The position numbers and the translations under genes are program-made. Shown in pieces: positions 17,832 through 27,142 of a stretch of DNA of 64,000 nt. The DNA is from an uncultured bacterium (GTDB lineage Bacteria; Omnitrophota; Omnitrophia; Omnitrophales; Aquincolibacteriaceae): NCBI GenBank assembly GCA_964606385.1, contig CAZSFZ010000001.1, forward strand, positions 67,519 to 131,518, given 5' to 3'. The notes beneath the pieces are model-generated. The model was not told the DNA's origin. It ran no database searches and saw nothing but the letters and a program-made list of their open reading frames with translations. Each line of letters begins with the position of its first letter. Position 1 is the stretch's first letter.

Positions 17832-18836
17832 TTACTTCTTGTAAACCATTACATTTTTTGAGGTTAGCATGAAATCGATATCCTTGGGTAAGGACAAACG
17901 ATGGTAAGAACGGCCAAGCCCCTTGCGTATACGTTCCCAGGCCTCAAATGAAAGCCCGCTTTGAACGTCCAGCTTTTTCAGGGACTTTTCGATCATGCGG
18001 AATTGGAGCGCCGGAGGGAACTTCAGGAATACCGGACGGCGAAGCTCTACTTTTCCTTTTTGGCGTTTTTTAAACGATTTTTTCCAGGCCTTGGCTTCCA
18101 CCTCGGCGATCAAAGCGCTTTCTCCGGCGACGATCGCCGGAATGCGGGACAGCGCTTCCACGACCCTCGGGTTGAAATCACATTGAAGTTTGGGAATAAG
18201 TTCCAGGCGGATCCGGTTCCGCACGAATCGTGAAGACTCATTAGACCGGTCGGAACGGAACGAGATATGCCGCGCCGCCAGATAGCCCAGCAATTCTTTT
18301 TTGGTGAAAGTAAGGAGCGGCCGCACACAGGTCATCCGCCCCATCTTGAATCGCTCGCGGATCCCCTGAAGCCCCCTCAAGCCCGTCCCCTGAAGGACCC
18401 GCATGAGCACGGTCTCCGCCTGATCATCCTTCGTGTGGGCCAAAGCGACCGCATGGAATTTCTCTCTTTGCGCGGTCCGGAGAAAAAAGTCATACCGCAT
18501 TTTACGGGCGCATTCTTCGATCGAGGTATTCGTCCTGCGGGCCTCCCGCTTCACATCCCCCCGCCCGCCGTAAAAAGGGACTTTGAACTTCCTCGCCAGG
18601 CCCCGGACAAATCGTTCATCCCGCGCAGCGGCACCCGCCCGGAGCTGATGATTGAAATGAGCAAGACCCAATCGCCACGCATATGTCAGGGCTAGCTCGC
18701 GCAAAAGGGAAAAAAGGGCGACCGAATCGGGACCCCCGGAGCAGGCGACGAGGATCTTCTGGCGCACTTTAAAAAACCGACGGTCGCGAAGATGCTCTTC
18801 AAAACAAAGAAGAAGATCCTGGGTTTTTGGGTCCAT
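17832..18836 (-). CDS. tilS: tRNA(Ile)-lysidine synthetase
   Basis: PP-loop motif ILVACSGGPDSVAL. Confidence 0.85.
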   Translation of the reverse strand: MDPKTQDLLLCFEEHLRDRRFFKVRQKILVACSGGPDSVALFSLLRELALTYAWRLGLAHFNHQLRAGAAARDERFVRGLARKFKVPFYGGRGDVKREARRTNTSIEECARKMRYDFFLRTAQREKFHAVALAHTKDDQAETVLMRVLQGTGLRGLQGIRERFKMGRMTCVRPLLTFTKKELLGYLAARHISFRSDRSNESSRFVRNRIRLELIPKLQCDFNPRVVEALSRIPAIVAGESALIAEVEAKAWKKSFKKRQKGKVELRRPVFLKFPPALQFRMIEKSLKKLDVQSGLSFEAWERIRKGLGRSYHRLSLPKDIDFMLTSKNVMVYKK

Positions 18837-18877
18837 GAGATCCTTTGAGGCGCGGCCGTTGTTCTTTCAGAAAAAAA

Positions 18878-18951
18878 TGCCGGGGGCCAGGATTGAACTG
18901 GCGACCTAGGGCTTATGAGTCCCTCGCTCTAGCCAACTGAGCTACCCCGGC
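18878..18951 (-). tRNA. tRNA-Met (anticodon CAU; elongator-type, G1-C72 paired)
   Basis: Cloverleaf readable: acceptor GCCGGGG/CCCCGGC, D-arm GCTC-AGTTGGCTA-GAGC, anticodon loop CUCAUAA, T-arm GCCAG-TTCAATC-CTGGC. A31-G39 mismatch noted. Ile2(CAU) identity cannot be excluded without modification data. Confidence 0.75.
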
Positions 18952-19288
18952 ATGCAATACTTTCGGGAGGCGACTATTTTATGTTCCTTCCATTAAAAAA
19001 TCAAAACAACTGTCCGCCTTCGGCAGTGCCGAAGGACGGATCCGTCCTCGCTTCCAGCGAGGCGGAAGCTACCCCGGCACGATGATCCCAAAAAAAGAAG
19101 AGAATGATAAAAAAGCGATCTGGAAGGCGCTCTGAACCTCATGGGACGCGCGACATCCCGCCCTCTGATCCGGCGCAAGGTCGGGTATATTAGCACAGCT
19201 TCACGTGAACGCACAAGTGCGGTTCCGGCCGGGCAACGGCGGGCAAATCATTCTTTACAGGAGCCCGATCGAAGCGTAAACTTGACAC

Positions 19289-20278
19289 ATGAAACGGAAG
19301 GTTCCTTCAAAAATCCCCGCGCGTCCTCCGGTTGAAAAAGTTCAAGCCGACGCTATTATTTTTGATATCGACAATGTCCTTGTAGATACCCGTCAATCGT
19401 ATCTGGAGGCCATCCGGAACACCGTCGAGCTCTACCTGACCCACGGCCCCATTCCTTTTTTCAGCCGCTCCCCAACCGCGAAATTCCCGAGCCTGATCAC
19501 GCCTGAAGATGTGGACCAATTCAAGCTCCTGGGAGGTTTGAACGACGATTGGGACTGCTGCTACGGCATGCTGGTGTATCTTTTGTCGCTTCCGGTCAAA
19601 AACAGGACCCTGGACGCGCTCAAAAAAGCGATCGCCATCGAAAAATTCGCCAAAAGCGTCAAGGAAAGGCCCCTGCGGGTCTCGGGGATCACCGCCCTTT
19701 GCGGCCGGCCGACGACCGTTACGATCGAAAAGGTGGCCCGGATCTTCCAGGAGGTCTATCTCGGCAAGGATATTTTCCCCCGCCTGACCATGAACAAGAT
19801 GCGTTACTGGAAAAAGCGCGGCCTGATCCACCGCGAAAAACTGATCTTTAAGCGTCCGGTCCTGGAAAAACTCAAGCATCACGGTCTGAAACTCGGGATC
19901 GCGACCGGCCGCCCCCTTTATGAGGCCGCCCACGCGCTCAAAAATTTCGGGATCGCCGATCTTTTTGACGCGATGACCACCATGGATGATGTCAAAAAAG
20001 AAGAACGGGAAAAAAAGGAATCCTTGAGAAAGCCCCATCCCTTTTCGCTGCTCAAGACCGCCCAGGCGCTCGGGCCCAAGAAAAAATTCCTTTATGTCGG
20101 CGACCTTCCGGATGATGTCCTGGCCGCCAACCGCGCGAAAGCCTCGATCTCGATCCGTTCGGTCGCCTTTCCGATGCTCGCCGCCAATCCTTTCCAGGCG
20201 GAAAAAGAACTCGAGGCTGTCAAACCCGACTTTTTGATCCGCACCCCCGCCGATCTCTGCCGCTTGCTGAAAATCTAG
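19289..20278 (+). CDS. HAD-superfamily hydrolase (subfamily IA-like)
   Basis: Motif I IIFDIDNVLVDT, motif III KPHP, motif IV VGDLPDDV. Confidence 0.7.
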   Translation: MKRKVPSKIPARPPVEKVQADAIIFDIDNVLVDTRQSYLEAIRNTVELYLTHGPIPFFSRSPTAKFPSLITPEDVDQFKLLGGLNDDWDCCYGMLVYLLSLPVKNRTLDALKKAIAIEKFAKSVKERPLRVSGITALCGRPTTVTIEKVARIFQEVYLGKDIFPRLTMNKMRYWKKRGLIHREKLIFKRPVLEKLKHHGLKLGIATGRPLYEAAHALKNFGIADLFDAMTTMDDVKKEEREKKESLRKPHPFSLLKTAQALGPKKKFLYVGDLPDDVLAANRAKASISIRSVAFPMLAANPFQAEKELEAVKPDFLIRTPADLCRLLKI

Positions 20279-20346
20279 GTTTTTCCCGACTCTCCGATTG
20301 CTTTTCAACCATCCCGCAGTTAAAATCCGTCGGGCGTAATATTTTT

Positions 20347-21183
20347 TTGAAGATCATCCCCGGGGAGACCATGAGACTTTTTTTACCGGCCTGCTTTCTC
20401 TTTTGGATCTTGGCCGCGCCCGCTTTGCTTCGCGCTGAATTCCAGGAGATCCCCCTGACCGCGGATGAATTGGCCTGCCTCCAGCAAACGATCTTTTTCA
20501 ATGAATGCTCCGGCCGCGTCGAACGGATGCTTACCTGGAATGCCGACGAGGCTTTTCCTTCGTTCGGCCTGGGGCATTTCATCTGGTACCCGCAAGGCAC
20601 AAAAGGCCCTTACCAGGACGCCTTCCCCGCTTTTCTTTCATTTCTGGAGGCACAGCAAACGGAGATCCCGGTGTGGATTAAGGCCCTTCCCAAACGGGAG
20701 GCCCCGTGGCAAACCCGCGAAGAATTCTTAAATGACCTAGGCAGCGAACGCATGGCGCAGCTCCGGGATTTCCTCGACAAGACCCGGGGGTTCCAAACCC
20801 AGTTCATTATCCACAGGACCAAAGGCGTGCTTCCCCGGATGCTGGCGACGCTTCCTGAAGGGAAACGGGCCGAGATCGAATTGAAATTCAAGGAGATCGC
20901 GGCGGCCCCGAACGGCATGTTCGCGTTGATCGACTACGTGAATTTTAAAGGCGAAGGGATTCTCGAAACGGAAAGGACCCAGGGGCAGGGCTGGGGACTT
21001 CTTCAGGTCCTGGAAACCATGCAACTTCCCGAGAAAGAAGAGGACTCGCTCAAGGAGTTCGTGGAAGCGGCCAAAAAAGTCCTTGAGAACAGAGTCAAGA
21101 ACGCGCCGCCCGAAAAGGATTGCTCAAAACGCCTGAAGGGTTGGAAAACGCGGGTCAAAAATTACCTGAAGATCAAATGCTAG
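20347..21183 (+). CDS. secreted hypothetical protein
   Basis: Signal peptide (MRLFLPACFLFWILAAPALLRA); no recognised domain. Confidence 0.5.
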   Translation: MKIIPGETMRLFLPACFLFWILAAPALLRAEFQEIPLTADELACLQQTIFFNECSGRVERMLTWNADEAFPSFGLGHFIWYPQGTKGPYQDAFPAFLSFLEAQQTEIPVWIKALPKREAPWQTREEFLNDLGSERMAQLRDFLDKTRGFQTQFIIHRTKGVLPRMLATLPEGKRAEIELKFKEIAAAPNGMFALIDYVNFKGEGILETERTQGQGWGLLQVLETMQLPEKEEDSLKEFVEAAKKVLENRVKNAPPEKDCSKRLKGWKTRVKNYLKIKC

Positions 21184-21199
21184 CGGCAGCCCGACGCGT

Positions 21200-22279
21200 T
21201 CAGGACAAAATGGCCTTACGCAGCAGCACCACGCCGATCCCGATCAGGATGATATTCGGAAGCCAAAGGCTCAGCATGGGAGGCAGGCCGCCCCGTGACG
21301 CGATGGATTGAGCGATGGCGAAAAGGATGTAATAGACGCTTGTTGCGGCCATCGAGATCCCGAAACTGATCACCACTTCCCCACGCTTCACGATCGTCGC
21401 GATCGGGATCCCGATAAAGACGAACACCAGGCACCCGAAGGCGAACGCGATCCTTTGATGAAAGACCGTCCAAAGGGCCCGCCTTTCTTTTTTCTCGGGT
21501 TTTTCGGAAACATCCACCAGGATCTCCGCAAGCGTCTTGTCCTTCTTCTTTTTCACCATGTCCCGGATATCATCTTCCCCCAGCGTCGGGAATTTGTAGG
21601 TCTTGAACTGAACAGATTGGATGCCTTTGTCCTGGGATTCCGAAACGCTTCCGTTGAAAAGAACGACTTCCAGCTGCCCGGTCTTCGCGTCCATCTCGAT
21701 CTTGCCGCTTTCGGCGACGATCGTCCGGACAGGATTTTCCGAATCGACTCCCTCGTGGGCCACGATATCCTTCATCTCATCCCCTTCGACGCGTTTGGCG
21801 AGAAAAAGAATGCTCGGGCTGATCCTCACGAAACGTCCGGGCTCGATGAGCGCCATCGGGTGCTGCATGGCCATCCGCTTGGTGGCACGCCGGAATTCAT
21901 AACGGGCAAACGGCCCAACCTGATCGTTAAAAACGAACATGAGAATGCTAAGTGCGAACCCTAGAACGAGGGGCGGCATCATGAACTTCAAGGGGTGGAC
22001 CCCCGAGGCTTTCATGGCGCGGAATTCATTGTGCTGGGAAAAACTTCCGAACACGATCAAAACGCCCGTCAAAAGGCTCATCGGCGCGGTGTAGCTTATG
22101 ATCGATGGGACGATGAGCAGCATGACATAAAGCGTCTGCGTGAAAGGCACTCCGCGGCCGATGATCATGTCCGCGGCCTTCACCAAATACCCCGCCATAA
22201 AGATGAAACTCAGCACCGCGAAGCAGAGCAGGCAGGGCAGAAGCAGTTCTTTTAAAACATAACGCTGAAGAATTTTCAT
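21200..22279 (-). CDS. LptF/LptG-family lipopolysaccharide export permease
   Basis: YjgP/YjgQ-type six-TM permease; MKILQRYVLKEL N-terminus. Confidence 0.85.
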   Translation of the reverse strand: MKILQRYVLKELLLPCLLCFAVLSFIFMAGYLVKAADMIIGRGVPFTQTLYVMLLIVPSIISYTAPMSLLTGVLIVFGSFSQHNEFRAMKASGVHPLKFMMPPLVLGFALSILMFVFNDQVGPFARYEFRRATKRMAMQHPMALIEPGRFVRISPSILFLAKRVEGDEMKDIVAHEGVDSENPVRTIVAESGKIEMDAKTGQLEVVLFNGSVSESQDKGIQSVQFKTYKFPTLGEDDIRDMVKKKKDKTLAEILVDVSEKPEKKERRALWTVFHQRIAFAFGCLVFVFIGIPIATIVKRGEVVISFGISMAATSVYYILFAIAQSIASRGGLPPMLSLWLPNIILIGIGVVLLRKAILS

Positions 22280-22354
22280 ATTAAGGATTTCTCAGGATTT
22301 AAGGTTTGATAAGACCGGAATCAGAGACAAGGATAGAAGCCCTCTCCCTCTTTG

Positions 22355-23572
22355 TCAACCCTTCACCGGATCTTCGATGTGTTTTCCCAATTCGGAAGCG
22401 CGGAGGGCCTCGATAAATTCTCCGGGCATGATAAAGCCGATCATGCGCAAGGCGGAGACCTCGATGCCTTTTCCATCCAGGAAAATGACCGTTGGCACGC
22501 CAAAAACGTCGAAAAGGCGGATCAGTTCCCGGACCTCTTCGTCATCCGCGGAGGTGGCATCTACCTTGATCTTGCGGAAATTCCGGAGCGCCGCCTGGAC
22601 TTTCTTGTCTGAATAGGTGAATTGATCGAGCTCGTGGCACGGGATACACCAGTCCGCGTAAAAGTCGAGGATCACGGGCTGCCCCTGGGCACTGGCCTCC
22701 TGGAGGATGCCTTCGCGGTATTGTTCCCACTTCATACCGTGCGGCATAAACAGGAAATAAAGACCAATCAGGATCGCGAGTGTTCCCACGATCCATTGGA
22801 AGACGATGAATTTTTTGACGAGGTGCGCCGAACGCTCGATCCAGCCGAGGTAGAGCCCTCCCGCCACAAAAGCCCCCGGCACGATCCAGGTCACGAACGG
22901 CCATTTAAAAGCGGCCGCGATGTAAAAGATCCCGAAAGTCAAAAGCACCACGCCCATCAACCGTTCGAACCAGACAAGCCAGGACCCCGACTTCGGCAAT
23001 TTCGCGAGAAGACCGGAATAGGTTCCCAGCACCAGGTAAGGAAGCCCGAGCCCGAGCGCCATCACGAAGAAAAGAGAAAAACCGAACACCATGCTTTGCT
23101 GGGAGCTTACGAAAGCCAGCAACGTGAGAACGGCAGGCCCCATGCACGGAGCCGCCACGATCCCCACCAGAAGCCCCGAAATGAAATAGCTGAACAAGGC
23201 GCCTTTAGAAGTGCCGTGATGAGACGGCATCATCCAGGAAGGCAGCCGGAACTGATAAAGCCCGAACATGCTGAACGCAAGCCAGATCACAAGAGCGCCG
23301 GTCGCAAGCTGCACCCAGAAATTCTGGAGCCACTCGCCGAAGAAACCTCCCGTCATGGCGGCCGCGACCCCGAGCACGCTGTACATGGTGACCATGCCGA
23401 GCACGTACGCGAGAGCCCTCACAAAACCGTGGCGGTGGGTTTCATGGCCCGACCGGCGGAAAAGAGAGATCGTGATGGAAAGCATGGGATAGACGCACGG
23501 CGTCAGGTTCAGGCCGAGGCCTAGAAAGAATACACTGACGAATATGAGAGGCGACTGGCTTAATTCAGTCAC
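22355..23572 (-). CDS. dsbD: thiol:disulfide interchange protein DsbD-like (cytochrome c biogenesis TM domain plus thioredoxin domain)
   Basis: Multi-TM core with paired Cys; C-terminal thioredoxin WCIPC. Confidence 0.8.
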   Translation of the reverse strand: MTELSQSPLIFVSVFFLGLGLNLTPCVYPMLSITISLFRRSGHETHRHGFVRALAYVLGMVTMYSVLGVAAAMTGGFFGEWLQNFWVQLATGALVIWLAFSMFGLYQFRLPSWMMPSHHGTSKGALFSYFISGLLVGIVAAPCMGPAVLTLLAFVSSQQSMVFGFSLFFVMALGLGLPYLVLGTYSGLLAKLPKSGSWLVWFERLMGVVLLTFGIFYIAAAFKWPFVTWIVPGAFVAGGLYLGWIERSAHLVKKFIVFQWIVGTLAILIGLYFLFMPHGMKWEQYREGILQEASAQGQPVILDFYADWCIPCHELDQFTYSDKKVQAALRNFRKIKVDATSADDEEVRELIRLFDVFGVPTVIFLDGKGIEVSALRMIGFIMPGEFIEALRASELGKHIEDPVKG

Positions 23573-23603
23573 GATAGATAAGTCCTATATGATTCGTTTA
23601 TTC

Positions 23604-23662
23604 GTTCCACGGGCCACGCTCCACGCAGTTCTTTCGTCGTGGCCTCGTGGGGCGTGGATCGT
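23604..23662. repeat. CCACG/CGTGG composite palindromic (REP-like) element, copy b
   Basis: ttccacgggccacgctccacg cagttctttcgt cgtggcctcgtggggcgtggatcgtg. Confidence 0.7.
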
Positions 23663-23673
23663 GTCCCGTAATT

Positions 23674-24297
23674 TTAAAAGAGGCTCGTCGGGAAATCCGT
23701 TTGTTGCGCTTTTTTCTGTTTGTTCAGAAAATTCTCCGCCGTTTTTTTCCAGTTCACCGGAACCTCATAGGTCTTGTAATCCCAAGTCGACGTAAAAAGG
23801 ATCTTCCCTTCCCGGCAGCCGTATTCATAAACATCCCTGGTCAGGCGGACGTCATCGCAGCAGTATTTCTTCAGCTCGTCCATTTTGCCTTCCTTGAACA
23901 GCACGAGCGCCTCGGCGCCGTCGCCCGATTTTCCTTCTTTAAGCGTCGCGCGCGCGACGCTGTCGAGGCTCACCCGGTGGCCCCGGACTTTTTCGATATC
24001 ATCCAGAAGGTCCAGAACCGGAAACTGTTCGACCGACTTAAAGATGTAGGGCTGAAGAACCGGCATGTCAAAACGGCGGATGTTAAACCCGATCATAAGG
24101 TCAACATCCTGGAGCCGCTGTTCGAGCTTCATGAGGTCTTTTTCTTCGTACGAAACGTATTCCCCTGTCAGGTAGTCATAAACGCAGGCAACGGAGATTT
24201 TGAGCTTGGAAAGGCTCATCGCCTTCGATTTTCCGACCTCCTTGAAAGACTTTTGGGTCTCCAGGTCCAGGACGAGTATGTTTTTACTTTCTTTCAT
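23674..24297 (-). CDS. DnaQ-like 3'-5' exonuclease (DEDDy type)
   Basis: Exo I LVLDLETQ, Exo II IGFNIRRFDMPVL, Exo III YCCDDVRLTRDVY. Confidence 0.7.
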   Translation of the reverse strand: MKESKNILVLDLETQKSFKEVGKSKAMSLSKLKISVACVYDYLTGEYVSYEEKDLMKLEQRLQDVDLMIGFNIRRFDMPVLQPYIFKSVEQFPVLDLLDDIEKVRGHRVSLDSVARATLKEGKSGDGAEALVLFKEGKMDELKKYCCDDVRLTRDVYEYGCREGKILFTSTWDYKTYEVPVNWKKTAENFLNKQKKAQQTDFPTSLF

Positions 24298-24313
24298 GTT
24301 CTCTCAGATCTTT

Positions 24314-25231
24314 TCAGCGTTGATGGGAACTCAGGAGATCACGGATCGCTTTGACCGTTTGCGGCGCTTCGGGACCCTTCGCGGCCCCTTCATGTTTCAG
24401 GAATTCCTGGTAGGCATCCGCGGCACCCCGCGTATCCAGCTTCACGGCTTTTTTATAATCGGAAAGGGCCGCCGTAAAGTCTCCCGTCCTGAAAAACGCC
24501 AGGGCCCGGTCATAATAAGCCCAGCTGTATTTGGAGTCCAGCGAAAGCGCTTTCGTGTCATCCTCGATCGCTTTCTTAAGATCCCCCATCTCCTGATAGG
24601 CCCACGCCCGGTCACAATAAGCGCTGACGTTCTTGGGATCGAGCTCAAGCGACTTGTCATAATCAAGGACCGCCTGATCGAAGACCTTTTTCGACAAGTA
24701 CGCCTTGCCGCGCAAATAATAATCCGAGCCGGTACTGGACGCCCCGCGGATCTCAATGACTTTTCGGAAGTCGGAGAGGGCGGGATCGAAATCCCCTTTC
24801 CGGGAATAAATGATCCCGCGGCCCGAATAGGCCGGAGCAAGGTCCGGTTTTATTTTGATAGCTTCGGTGTAATCCGAAAGGGCCCGGTCCAGATCTTTCC
24901 TGGCATCATAAAGGCTCGCCCGATAAAAATAGGCCTCCGGCAGCGGCTTGAGTTCCAAAGCCTTATTGAAATCCGCGAAGGCCTTGTCGCCTTTTCCTTT
25001 CGTGTAGTACATGAGCCCGCGGCTGTAATAAGCCTCCGCGAAATCCGGCTTTGCTTCAATGGCCCTGCTGAATTCCTTGATCGCCGCGCCGGGCTTTCCT
25101 TTTTGACCATACTCGACGCCCTTCACATAGATCTCATTGGCGGATTCAGCGCTGTAAGCACAGGGATTCCCGAGGAGTAATGCCAACATGCCCACGCTTA
25201 ATAATTTTTTAAAGGATCCGTACTGTTTCAT
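24314..25231 (-). CDS. secreted TPR-repeat protein
   Basis: Signal peptide plus many TPR units (AEAYYSRGLMYY, PEAYFYRASLY, APAYSGRGIIY ...). Confidence 0.7.
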   Translation of the reverse strand: MKQYGSFKKLLSVGMLALLLGNPCAYSAESANEIYVKGVEYGQKGKPGAAIKEFSRAIEAKPDFAEAYYSRGLMYYTKGKGDKAFADFNKALELKPLPEAYFYRASLYDARKDLDRALSDYTEAIKIKPDLAPAYSGRGIIYSRKGDFDPALSDFRKVIEIRGASSTGSDYYLRGKAYLSKKVFDQAVLDYDKSLELDPKNVSAYCDRAWAYQEMGDLKKAIEDDTKALSLDSKYSWAYYDRALAFFRTGDFTAALSDYKKAVKLDTRGAADAYQEFLKHEGAAKGPEAPQTVKAIRDLLSSHQR

Positions 25232-25232
25232 T

Positions 25233-25988
25233 TCAGATCAACTCCTTCAGATCACGGACCACGGTCACTAAATCCTGGTGATCCTTGGTTAAAGTTCCGT
25301 GCCGGTCCGAGCGATCGAGCCAGATCGCCTTGATGCCGGCAAGATGCGCGCCCCGGACATCGTCTTCCAAACTATCACCGATATGGACCACCTCCTTGGC
25401 GGCAACGCCGGCTTGCTTCAACGCTTCCTCGAAGATCTTTGGATTGGGTTTCGCCGCGCCGAACACGGCGGAAATAACCTTGAAATCAAAGAACCCGTCG
25501 ATCCCGAGCCCCTGGCATAATTTCAAAAGACGGCTGTCCCAGTTCGACACCATGCCGAGAATGAATTTCTTTTTTTTGAGAGCATGGAGCACTTCTTCGA
25601 CTTCCGGATAAAGTTTCCAGACCCCCGGTTCCGCGAAAAGATCATGCAGCTCGTCAAAGAACGGATCAAAAGCCTTGAGCCCCTCAAAATCCTTAAAAAC
25701 CGCGGTCACGATCTTGCGCCAGAATTCTTTTTCGATCTTTTCATCCGAGTGGCTCCGCAGGTCCCCGATCCCGTCATGCTGGCTCCACACCCTCCGGAAC
25801 GCCGCTTCCACTTCTTTCGCGCCCACTTTACATCCGTGCTTTGCGGCCACGGTGCTGTAATAGTGACCTACCGAGGGGAACGGACGGAAAAGGGTTCCGC
25901 CGGCGTCAAAAAAAATCGCCCGGGTCCCCGCGGGGATCTTACAAGCTTGAGCCACTTTGGTCCTCCCCGCCGCCACCGCCGCCGCCAA
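25233..25988 (-). CDS. HAD-superfamily hydrolase (IA)
   Basis: AIFFDAGGTLF motif I; GDSLEDDVRGA motif IV. Start is a non-ATG codon (TTG/GTG); overlaps the upstream TPR gene. Confidence 0.7.
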   Translation of the reverse strand: MAAAVAAGRTKVAQACKIPAGTRAIFFDAGGTLFRPFPSVGHYYSTVAAKHGCKVGAKEVEAAFRRVWSQHDGIGDLRSHSDEKIEKEFWRKIVTAVFKDFEGLKAFDPFFDELHDLFAEPGVWKLYPEVEEVLHALKKKKFILGMVSNWDSRLLKLCQGLGIDGFFDFKVISAVFGAAKPNPKIFEEALKQAGVAAKEVVHIGDSLEDDVRGAHLAGIKAIWLDRSDRHGTLTKDHQDLVTVVRDLKELI

Positions 25989-26778
25989 AAGTCTGCATCA
26001 GGGCTTGCCCCAATGCCGGGATCGCCTGTTCCATGCCACCCTGATTCTGCGAATAAGGATCACGTCCCAGTGCGGCCGCCGTTTGGGGATCCGTAACCCC
26101 CATCATTCCGGGCATCCCAAGGGACGCACTGCTCCCCTTTTCCGGGGTCTTCCGCTTCACATCGATCTCGCGGATCGCTTCCTGGATATCCGGGTTGTTG
26201 TAGTCGAGCTCACGAGCTTTCAGGTAGGCTTCTTTAGCCTCATCAAAAAAACCCTGCTCCTCGTAAACCGCACCGATCTGCATCCAGAGAGCGCATAAAA
26301 GCAGCCGGTCCTCTTCCGTGTCGCAGAGCCTGATCGCTTTCTTGAGTTCTTCGCGCGCGCGCTCCATCTGCCCCAGCCGCTTGTAAACCACTCCCAGATT
26401 ATAATGCGCGATCTTGTCCTGAGGCCGGATCATCAAGACCTTTTCAAGCGCGTCCCGGCTTTTCATCAGCCATTCCCGGTATTGCGTGCCTTTTTGGGTG
26501 CGCGTCCGGTCAAAAAGCGTGGCGTAGATCGCGGAAAGTTCATAATAGAGGTCCGCGTTCGCGGCATCCATGCCAAGTTTGGCTTTGAGTTCCCGCTCCA
26601 TCGCGATCAGCTCCGCCTCGGTCATGCTGGAAAGGTCCTTGGTGGTCTCTTCGTGGGGTTCCATGGAGTCCATGGGTTCCATGTTTTCATACGCGCAGAA
26701 CCCGGGAGAAGGGATCTGAAAGGTCAAAAGGACGAGGAAGGCGATAAGGTTTCTTTTAAAGACCACGGAAATTCTCAA
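25939..26778 (-). CDS. secreted TPR-repeat protein with Gly-rich C-terminus
   Basis: Signal peptide; TPR units (AHYNLGVVYKRLGQMERA ...); C-terminal poly-Gly. Confidence 0.65.
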   Translation of the reverse strand: MRISVVFKRNLIAFLVLLTFQIPSPGFCAYENMEPMDSMEPHEETTKDLSSMTEAELIAMERELKAKLGMDAANADLYYELSAIYATLFDRTRTQKGTQYREWLMKSRDALEKVLMIRPQDKIAHYNLGVVYKRLGQMERAREELKKAIRLCDTEEDRLLLCALWMQIGAVYEEQGFFDEAKEAYLKARELDYNNPDIQEAIREIDVKRKTPEKGSSASLGMPGMMGVTDPQTAAALGRDPYSQNQGGMEQAIPALGQALMQTFGGGGGGGEDQSGSSL

Positions 26779-27142
26779 GTCCCTCAGGAGGACCGGAAAG
26801 TTTGACGCGCGCGATGCGGCGGATCAGAAGGCTGCTTTTCTCACCTTCCACATAATCGATCGTCACCACCTGGCCAGCGCGAAGCTCGCCGAGCTGGTCG
26901 ATCCCACTCAGTCCGCTCTGCCCGTCCATGAAGAAAGTAAGGTGCTCGATCTCTTTGGTGGCGGGATGCCGGAAATCCACATCCAGGCTTCTCCCGTCCT
27001 CCGCCACTTTCACCACATGAGCGGACAGCGTCTTCATGACGGGTTCCGCGGCGTGAAGGCACAGGGGCGCCATCATGAGCGCCGCAAGGAGAAAAACGCT
27101 TCGCTTAAACGCGGGTCTTGAGGAATTCCAGGACTTTTTCAT
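26756..27142 (-). CDS. small secreted hypothetical protein
   Basis: Signal-peptide-like KRSVFLLAALMMAPLCLHAAEP. Start uncertain; the track ORF overlaps tpx. Confidence 0.4.
   Translation of the reverse strand: MKKSWNSSRPAFKRSVFLLAALMMAPLCLHAAEPVMKTLSAHVVKVAEDGRSLDVDFRHPATKEIEHLTFFMDGQSGLSGIDQLGELRAGQVVTIDYVEGEKSSLLIRRIARVKLSGPPEGLENFRGL

Noticed and set aside
18878-19288. Integrated mobile element at the tRNA-Met gene
   Set aside because: Only an 11-nt partial copy of the tRNA end is present. No integrase, excisionase or phage/ICE genes flank the tRNA, and the neighbours are housekeeping (tilS, HAD hydrolase).
25950-25990. Short GCC/GCG-rich tandem tract that could look like a repeat array
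   Set aside because: It encodes the poly-Gly C-terminus of the TPR protein overlapping the HAD gene start. It is a coding low-complexity tract, not a CRISPR array or VNTR.
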